Of a DNA stretch of 64,000 bases, positions 54,216 to 64,000 are shown in pieces. Below the pieces are notes generated by a model. It was not told where the DNA came from and did no database searches. It saw nothing but the letters and a program-made list of their open reading frames with translations. Origin of the DNA: Octopus sinensis. Lineage: Eukaryota. The stretch lies in assembly GCF_006345805.1 (NCBI RefSeq), contig NC_043018.1, positions 5,332,001 through 5,396,000 of the forward strand, written 5' to 3'. Every line of letters begins with the position of its first letter. The stretch's first letter is position 1. Both the position numbers and the translations under genes were made by a program.

Positions 54216-57002
54216 CTATCTAAATAGTTATGTCCTTACCAATATCCCCAGCCGACACCACTACCAGCACAGCCATCAGAAATGCTGTTTAATTTTATCA
54301 CTGCCCCCCCCCCCGTTACCCCCAATATGAACACCGCCACCGCCGCCACCGCCGCCACCGCCTTCAACGTCCTTTTCGGTTTACCACTATTTCGCGATTA
54401 CGCCCCACCCCTTATCACTTAGAAACGCAGTCATCAACGTCGGAGGCCAAGAGGGAAATGAGCAAGACACATCAAGACACCCCCAAACTAACCCACGATA
54501 CAGGTACAACCTCTAATCACTACTTTCACACACACACACACGCACACACACACATACATACAAACAAATACACGCATATACACTCAAATACTCACTCACA
54601 CACACACAAACACACTCACACACAAACAAATATACGCACACACACACAAACAAATACACGCTCACACACACAAACACACTCACACACAAACAAATATACG
54701 TGCACACACTCAAGTATGTGCATACATACACATACAAGCGCATATGCATGCGCGCACACACAGACAAATACACGCCAACACACACGTGCACATACACGCG
54801 CTTGCACACACACACACACTCAAATGCACAAATACACACGAGTACAGAAAATGTTCGCACACATAAGCACACACCAACACACATATAGACAAATACATGC
54901 ACAAACACATATACATAAACACGCACATAAATACCCACACACATGCATATATACAAAAATACATTTGAACACACACATGCATGTACACCGGTGACCTTCC
55001 CACTGAATCGAACTTCCATCGACTACACACACGTATACACATACATACACACACGAATACATGCACGCACGCACAAATATACAAGTTCACGCACACACCC
55101 ACACTCACACGTGCATACATGCACGCACGCATACAAGCACATGCGTGCTTACACACACACATACGAGCTGCCACCGCTACCACTACGCTCATCAGTGATA
55201 CTATCACCTGAACGATTACCACAACCGCAAACACCACCACCACCAATAAACCACAAGTATCTCTACTGCAATACCTATAATCAAAAGTGCTACGCCACAA
55301 CCGCAACAAGATAAAAACATAACCACTAATACAATTGCCCATACTGTCCCTACTGTCTCTATAGATACGACTACAACCACCACCGACAGCACTGCAGTCA
55401 CCACCAATACTACTACAACCGTTACAACTAACATAGAGACTACCACCACCAGAATTGTCATACCACGACGTCTACGGCTTCATACACCATCACTACCTAC
55501 ATAATGACCATCACCACTGACTCTATGACAACAATTATAATAACACCCAGAAAACTGTTGGTTCTGTCATACACAAATAAGCAGATCAACTGCTAGAAAT
55601 CGCAGTGAAATGCCCCTTAAATCACACATTAGTATCATGGAAAAGGACAGATGAGACAATGTGGTTCTGGTTGTAGTTTACTTGCAAATACAAAAACAAA
55701 CAAACAAACAAAAGAAGCAAACGGGATGTCATGACTGGAACGTCTTTTATCATAGGACGTTGTGATCAGAGCTGACTTGGGGCTAAACGGCATCAATGAA
55801 CATCCAGAAGACAAAAATTTAACAGAAAAACAATCACCGCAAAAACAGAGTCGGAAATAAATAAATAAATAAATATAATATTTAAAAAAACAATGACAAT
55901 AACAACAACAACAACAACAACTTGATAAATCAACGTGAGAAGCAAAAACAATAAATAGAATAATATAAAAAAAAAAAAAACAGAGAGAGAGTAAGAGAGA
56001 GAGAGAAAGAGAAAGAGAGAGAGAGGGAGAGGGAGAGAGAGAAATTAGTTGCTGACTTGGTTGTTAAAGCTGATGTCCACATTACAAGTTGATTTCCCAA
56101 GGCAGAGGCTGCGCTTTTTTTTTTCAATCATCACCATCTTCATCATCATAATCGTCGTCGTCGTTGTCTTCCTTATCCTCAACCTCCATTATCATCATCA
56201 ACGTCCTCATCATCACCACTACACCACCACCACCACCACCATAAACGTTATTACTATCATCATCATCACCATCATCATCATCATCGTTGTCACCGTCGTT
56301 GTGATCATCATCATCATCATCATCATCCTCTGCCGTCGTCGTTGTCATCAGCGTCACCAGTATTATTATCATTATTTAATTAATATTTCTTATTTTATTA
56401 TATTTTCTTCTTTTCTTTTCTTTTGCCATACAATATATTTTTAAAATTTTGTTTCTTTTATTTCTTTAATTATTATCATTTTTTAATTATTGTAAGAAAC
56501 TAATTAAAATTTTAATAATCACGGTGTTTTGTAAGTTTATTTTAGTACTGAGCAAATGGATGGGAAAAACCTCGTGGAAAAGCCTGACAGTGCAGTTAGT
56601 ACGTTTGGCGACTGGCGCTTGACTTTGATGTCTTTCCGCCAGTGTCTCTGTATGGGAACAGTTATTAGGTGTCTGTGGATGTGTTAATGTGTACACTTGT
56701 GTGGGCATACGTGGTTGTGTGCGTGTGTGTGTGTGTGTGTCCGTGCTGAGGTGTATAAAGGTACATCTAGAGATGTGTGTATGTATGAGTATATGAACGT
56801 AAGAATGGATGGATATACGTATGTGTGTGTATATTTTAGTCCCTCCTTTTCCCATTCACTATACTTGTATGTATGTATACACACAAGCATGCATATAATA
56901 ATATATATGTGTGTATACGTATGCATCTATATGTATGTATATATCTAATTATAAATGTATCTCTTTCTCTCACGATATTATTCTTTTCTTTCTTTCTTTT
57001 AT

Positions 57003-57403
57003 TCTTTTACTTGTTTCAGTCATTTGACTGCGGCCATGCTGGAGCACCACCTATAATCGAGCAACTCGACCCCGGGACTTATTCTTTTGTAAGCTCAGTA
57101 CTTATTCTATCGGTCTCTTTTGCCGAACCGCGAAGTAACGGGGACATAAACACAACAGCATCGGTTGTCAAGCAATGCTAGGAGGACAAACACAGACACA
57201 AACACACACACGCATACATATATATATATACACATATATACGACGGGCTTCTTTCAGTTTCCGTCTACCAAATCCACTCACAAGGCTTTAGTCGGCCCGA
57301 GGCTATAGTAGAAGACACTTGCCCAAGATGCCACGCAGTGGGACTGAACCCGGAACCATGTGGTTGGTAAACAAGCTACCTACCACACAACCACTCCTGC
57401 GCC
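57003..57403 (-). mobile_element. tRNA-derived SINE family A, full length
   Basis: Reverse complement of the 62322-62755 element. Confidence 0.85.
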
Positions 57404-57764
57404 TATATATATATATATATAAATATATATGCATATATACATACGTGTATATACATACTTACATCTATACGTATATATATGCACATGTGGGCACAGGACG
57501 TCATGAAACGTGTACAACAATAAAACACGAAGCACGAGTACATGGAATATGAACTATTTTTTCGGAGAGTAGAAAAACAACAAAAAACTGATGAAGGGTC
57601 GTTCTTTATGTTGTTTCTTTTGATTTCCATTTGTGTCTTTCGTTGTTCGGAAGAATAGTTCATGTTCCATGTATTCGTACTTCGTAGATTTCTTTTGTTG
57701 TGAACGTTTCGTAACGTCCTGTACCCACCATGTACATTTATGTTGTATATATATATATATATAG

Positions 57765-57796
<32 letters not shown>

Positions 57797-57814
57797 ATAT
57801 GTATATATATATGA

Positions 57815-57849
<35 letters not shown>

Positions 57850-57937
57850 TTATATATATATATATATATATTGTATATACATATACATATATGTATATGT
57901 ATATAATATTATATGTATATATATATATATATATAAG

Positions 57938-57971
<34 letters not shown>

Positions 57972-58023
57972 ATATATATATTGTATAATATTATACATAT
58001 ATGTATATGTATATATATATATG

Positions 58024-58073
<50 letters not shown>

Positions 58074-58623
58074 TATTTTCGCTCCTATCTTCTCTCTTCG
58101 CATACAGGGATGGGGTGGGTTCGATGGGATAGATAGGGAAGCCACACCATCCCTTGCGTTTCCCACTCTCACCTCCCCCACCTCCCAACACCATAGCACA
58201 CAACACCACATAACATCACATCACACCACCACACACACACTAGCTCTGACCACTTCCCAGCCCCACATCCACACACCTACACATACACATACACACATGC
58301 CAAGGTCACCAGCCCTCTTCCGCACGCACATACATACTCTCTTATACACACACACGTGCAACTTCGTTTTGGGTTCATTTCTACTTTATTATCTCCCCTT
58401 CTTCCAAGCACTCCTGTATGACCCATCTGTCCCGCCATCGCCGCGATAGATCGCTAGCCACTACACATTCTTTATTTCTCTGTCGCCTGTGTTCTTCTTG
58501 TTCTGTTTGTGGAAGAGCGTAGGCTCGAAACGTAAAGACTTTCCCTTCCCGAGCGTTTAAACTGATCATCTGTTTCTTGTCTACACCACCAGTCTTCATC
58601 TTTTGTTTTTTATTGCGATTCTC

Positions 58624-58674
<51 letters not shown>

Positions 58675-58743
58675 CGTATGTATATATATATTATTTATAT
58701 TATTATATGATTGTGAACGCCATGCATCCTCTTCCAAGTAATT

Positions 58744-58779
<36 letters not shown>

Positions 58780-58933
58780 ATAAACAAACGCATATTCATA
58801 ATATATGTATACTATTGTGCCTGAGAAGTGTCATTCTCTTTTAGTACCTTATTATTTAACAAATTCACCTGTTCGATTTCCACTCATTAGTTATATATAC
58901 GTATTATATATTATATAGATATAATATATATAT

Positions 58934-59006
<73 letters not shown>

Positions 59007-59414
59007 GTTGTAGTGAAAGCCACACCTCTTGTTATATACAACTACACAGGGTTTCCTGGGCCGACGAAACAGCAATTTATTCCGCCATTTGTCATAAGAA
59101 CTTTATAAACTTTCGCTCTTGTATGGCCTATGTGAAATTGTATCGAAAGAGATTTTTCCACATATTTATATGCTGTTATATATATATAGCCTTGCGCGTG
59201 TGATTCGAGATATTATGGAGTGAATTATAAGTGTATGTATGTGTATGTGCACGTGCAGGCGCGTTTAAATAAATATATGTTCCTGCCTTACAAACGTGTA
59301 TATATCAATTTGATAAGCGAGTTTGCACGCTTAATATGACCTCGCATAACTGAGAGGAAAATTGCTCTTTAGCTGGAGTCAACGTCCGCAAGTGATCTTG
59401 CATAAACTAAAACT

Positions 59415-59514
59415 NNNNNNNNNNNNNNNNNNNNNNNNNNNNNNNNNNNNNNNNNNNNNNNNNNNNNNNNNNNNNNNNNNNNNNNNNNNNNNNNNNNNNN
59501 NNNNNNNNNNNNNN
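59415..59514. other. Assembly gap (100 N)
   Basis: N run. Confidence 1.
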
Positions 59515-59880
59515 TCACAAGGTTCTTTATTAAAATCCCCCACAATTGTTCGACTCATCCTGCACCAGTAATAACTGCATGGTATGTAAGATTAACCCTG
59601 GCATTAATTGTAGAACTAAAAACGCAGTTTACAGCATAAGGTGCATAGGTGTTTGTAGAGACAAGAACATGATATACATAGGTGAGACATTTAGGAACAT
59701 TGCAGAGAGACTAAATGTACGTAACGACAAAAAGCAGCCCTCCATACTCTATCAACATGCCAAAGACCAACATAAAGGCTCACTAGGTCAACTTGACATC
59801 CGCATTTTATCCAGGCACCCGAAGGATCCAACTCTCAGACAAATACATGAGTACGTCCTCATAAATGAAGGATCGCTTTC
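59515..59880 (+). mobile_element. Penelope-like element GIY-YIG endonuclease fragment, bounded by an assembly gap and a mariner fragment
   Basis: NCRTKNAVYSIRC...IYIGETFRNIAERL...ILYQHAKDQH...LRQIHE aligns by eye with the 22203-22883 protein. Confidence 0.85.
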
Positions 59881-59881
59881 T

Positions 59882-60515
59882 CTAAACATTTCGGTAGATA
59901 ATCCATTTCTCATCACCTGTCGCAATTTGCTTTAAAAAAGGCGCGTTTTCATTCCGTTTATAAAGCGAATCACAGATGGAAATGCGATCCAAAAGGTTCT
60001 TCTCACTCAACTCATGTGGTACCCAAACATCGTAGCGATTTGTGTACCCAAGCTTTACCAGGTGTTCATGAACGACGGATTTTGATAGGTTGAGGCTTTC
60101 TGCCAATTCTCGGGTTGTGCAATGTGGGTTATTCTCAATTAATGACTTGATTTGGTCATCATCTGTAGTGGATGGTCTGCCTGATCGCTCTTTATCAATA
60201 AGGCTACAATCTCGAGCTCGGAATCTTGCGAACCACTTCCGTACAGTTCTTTCGGATAAAGAAACATCACCGTAAACTGCGCATATTACTTTGGTTACTT
60301 GTGAGGCATTTTTCCTTTTACGGAAAAAGAAAAGCATCAAGTGCCGAAAATGAACTTTCTTATCTTCCATTTTAAAGGGTTACAGAATTAACACAGGTTA
60401 TAGGGACATAAACCTTCTTCCACGAAAAGATAGCTTAAACTGTGCTCTAAATGGAAGTGTAGTCAAATCCTATTTTATGGACACTACCATGTTCTAAAAT
60501 AGTTCGTACCATTTG
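59882..60515 (-). mobile_element. mariner transposase, N-terminal half only
   Basis: ORF 59882-60370: HFRHLMLFFF, WFARFR, RSGRP, TTRELAESL, WVPHEL, TGDEKWIIY, then breaks off after the first catalytic D. Confidence 0.9.
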
Positions 60516-61401
60516 CACCGAAATATCACTTTTGCATCCTAATTGCTTTTATCTATGCACTTGCACACATAACATACTACCTTCCTTTAACCAGCTTAAG
60601 GTCTTCGACAATACCTATTTCTTTATTACCCACAAGGGACTAAACATAGAGATGACAAACAAGGACAGACATAGGTATTAAGTCGATTACATCGACCCCA
60701 ATGCGTAACTGGTACTTAATTTATCGACCCCGAAAAGATGAAAGTCAAAGTCGACCTCGGCGGAATTTGAACTCACAACGTTACGGCAGACGAAATACCG
60801 CTAAGCATTTCGTCCGGCGTACTAACATTTCTGCCAGCTCACCGCTTCGACAATACCGTCATTTCAACTCAATAGTACACGCTCTTAAATCCCTACCTAC
60901 ACGTTTTCACACTATCCAGCTAACACATTATACACAATAACACACACACACACACACACACATACACACACACACACACTATCATCCTCCATCCGCAAAC
61001 CAACGCCACTATATTTCCACATTTTTACACATCTATGCACATACATCATAATAACACAAACGCACACCCTGCTTCGTCTTACGTCCACTTTCATACGCAA
61101 ACACACTTTAATACATCTGTGTACATAACCGCCTCTTTCCCCCTTCTTAGTCACGCAAAGAGCAGAATTCACCCCCTCCCTACCAGTAATTAATACCTCG
61201 CCTTCCTCCTGTGTCCTTCCTTCCTCAATACTCTTAATATTTCTCTTTCTCACTCGTATTATGTTGCTCTTTTACATTCTCTTTTTCTGATGAATGATTA
61301 ACATCCAAAACGTCACGAAACTTTTTCTCTATATCAAACTTTGAACTAATAACATATTCGTAAAACATCGTTCCTCTCATGTCGTTCTTTTCAATAATTT
61401 A

Positions 61402-61435
<34 letters not shown>

Positions 61436-61588
61436 CATACATACATACGTACATACATACATGCATACATACATACATACACAAACATACATATATATGT
61501 GTGTGTATATATATATACACAAATACATACATACATATATATATATACCGTATATGTATATATATACATATATATATATATACACACA

Positions 61589-61626
<38 letters not shown>

Positions 61627-61910
61627 TATATATATATTTATATATACATACACACACACATATATATTGCATTTCACACTAATGGCGCAAAATTAAAATG
61701 GAATTCCTTAATGAATTAAATATGGCGAAATACGGTTTGGTTTTCATTTTTAATTGATGAGACACGAGTTCAGGGTGTATGTATGTGTGTGTGTGTTTGC
61801 ATGTTATCGATGGTGTGTATGTATATTTATGTATGTATGTATGTGTACGTGTGTATTTAGACTCACATTTCAATGTAAACGTATTAACGTAAATGATGTT
61901 TATGATATGA

Positions 61911-61991
<81 letters not shown>

Positions 61992-62132
61992 TTATTTTAT
62001 AGAAGGAGCTTCTACAGGACTAGAACTGTTTCATTAATTTACTCTGCTATGTATTGAGTACCTTATTTACTGTGGTTAACCCCGACTCAACCCGGGATCT
62101 ACATATATGTATATATATATATATTATATATA

Positions 62133-62188
<56 letters not shown>

Positions 62189-62321
62189 AAAAAATGAAGT
62201 TCGAAAATGCTGCTGTATTATACAATTTTTAATTTTTATATATACATTATAACATGTTTCAGTTCCTGAAATGAACCTTATCAAAAAAAGTTATATATTA
62301 TATATATATAATATATATATA

Positions 62322-62755
62322 GGCGCAGGAGTGACTGTGTTTCTCGGCGTAGGTGTGGCTGTGTGTAAATAGCTTGCTTACCAACCACATGGTTCCAGGT
62401 TCAGTCCCATTGCGTAGCAACTTGGGCAAGTATCTTCTACTATAGCCTCGGGCTGACCAAAGCCTTGTGAGTGGATTTGGTAGACGGAAACTGAAAGAAG
62501 ACCATCGTATATATGTATATATAGATATATATGTATGTGTGTGTATATGTTTGTGTGGCTGTGTTTGTCCCTTCAACATCGCTTGACAACCGATGGTGGT
62601 GTGTTTACCTCCCCGTAACTTAGCGGTTCGGCAAAAGAGACCAATAGAATAAGTACCGGGCTTACAAAGAATAAATCCTGGAGTCGATTTGCTCAACTAA
62701 AGGCGGAGCTCCAGCATGGACACAGTCAAATGACTGAAACAAGTAAAAGGTTAAA
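62322..62755 (+). mobile_element. tRNA-derived SINE family A, near full length
   Basis: Head GGCG.AGG.GTGGCTGTGTG (A-box-like) and GGTTCAGTCCC (B-box-like), internal (TA/TG)n, tail CAGTCAAATGACTGAAACAAG; many copies in the window. Confidence 0.85.
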
Positions 62756-62765
62756 GAGTATACAT

Positions 62766-62796
<31 letters not shown>

Positions 62797-63014
62797 ATAT
62801 AGGCTAGAATTTATCGAAAAACAATTCTATCAATGGCCAGCATATTAAAAGATACCTTTAAAGGTGAAATTTATAAACAATTTATAAGTAAGGGCAAAAG
62901 AAAAAAATTCTAATGCCAAAATATGCCGAAAATAGACACAACGTCAATAACCACGTAATTTATCAGTACAAGCACGTGTTTCAAAGAAGGCCGACAGAAA
63001 TTTCTTAAAAAATC

Positions 63015-63938
63015 CGTTATTACCATATGGGATCCGATTTCAGAGTTAGTTCATAAGAGCCTTCTCTTCATCAGTGATAAATACGGTAAAGTATTAAGTG
63101 AAATCGTCTACAGAATTCATATTTTTTCCATCCAAATGATTTTGAAGACTGCGGAATAAATGATAATCAGATGGAGCAATGTCCGGCGAATATGATGTGT
63201 GGGATCCCTTACCAAACAGATAACAATATCTTACGTGGTACCGGTGTTTCTTCTTTCCCTACCCCCAGACTTCGGCGCTTGACATTTTTATAGAAAGAAG
63301 CCATTTCTTGTCACCAGTCAGAATTCGGTCCAAAAAAAGGTTAATTTGTGAGACGTGACTGCAAAGAAATGTACACACTCACTCGCTGCGCGCGATTGGA
63401 ATCGGACAGTTTGTGAAGAACCCATTGACGCAGTTTGCTGACTTTTCCAATGACACGCAGGTGAATGGTCGAATGACCAAGTCGAATCGTCTCTGCTAGT
63501 TCCTCAACAATTACGATGGGATTTTATTTCACCAGAGTTTTCAGAACGTTCTCGGCCACCTCTACAGATCTTCCAGGACAAGACACCTCTTCTACGCTGT
63601 AGCTTCCAGCTCGGAATTTCTAGAACCACCGTTGGCTCTGACTTACGCTTATTGTCCAATCCCCATATGCTGCATTAATATTCGTCGCATTTTCTTTTGC
63701 ATTCTTGCATTGATTGAACTCATAAAGCAAAACATACCGAATATGCTCCTTTGTCATTTTCATTCCAGCTTGGAAAAGATAACTGTTAAAATCGAACTGC
63801 ACTCTTCAAAACTTCCACCAAGAATAAGAAATTCAAGGTAAAACTACGACTTGTTTTTATAGCAAGTTGATGCAGGTAGTTTATCCAGTTTTGTTCCAAC
63901 ATTTTGAAAAAGCCGCATTATTTATGGGATGATCCAAT
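63015..63938 (-). mobile_element. Degenerate mariner element
   Basis: MTKEHIRYVLLYEF...QRWF and WVLHKLS-like segments with stops; TIR-like AAGCCGCATTATTTATGGGATGATCCAAT ending at ~63938. The left boundary is uncertain. Confidence 0.7.
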
Positions 63939-64000
63939 TTATATATATATATATATAATTATTATTTGAGGGAATATTATTCCTAACTTACAGGGAAAAA

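Overview
AT-rich, microsatellite-saturated metazoan genomic DNA. The tRNA-derived SINE families and simple-repeat density look like Octopus or another coleoid cephalopod (inferred from recall, not searched). No host protein-coding gene can be supported: almost all ORFs in the track are translations of (TA)n, (TATG)n, (AAT)n, (GGT)n or (AGAC)n repeats. The real coding remnants are decayed transposons: two Penelope-like retroelement (PLE) RT/GIY-YIG fragments, a Helitron Rep fragment, a non-autonomous Helitron, Tc1, maT-like and mariner transposases, a Chapaev3-like element with TIRs and a TTA target duplication, a CR1/L2-type LINE fragment and RTE-like zinc-finger tails. The standout is two arrays (6722-8467 and 23966-25473) of a ~490-bp non-coding unit. 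Each unit carries a complete type I hammerhead ribozyme, and a compensatory base-pair change in stem II distinguishes the two arrays. Both arrays are head-to-head fold-backs with the ribozyme-sense 3' ends pointing outward toward (AT)n, the same geometry as a neighbouring PLE fragment. This looks like a retrozyme (self-cleaving, probably circular-RNA-forming, non-autonomous retroelement) mobilised by PLE machinery. Two 100-N assembly gaps are present.
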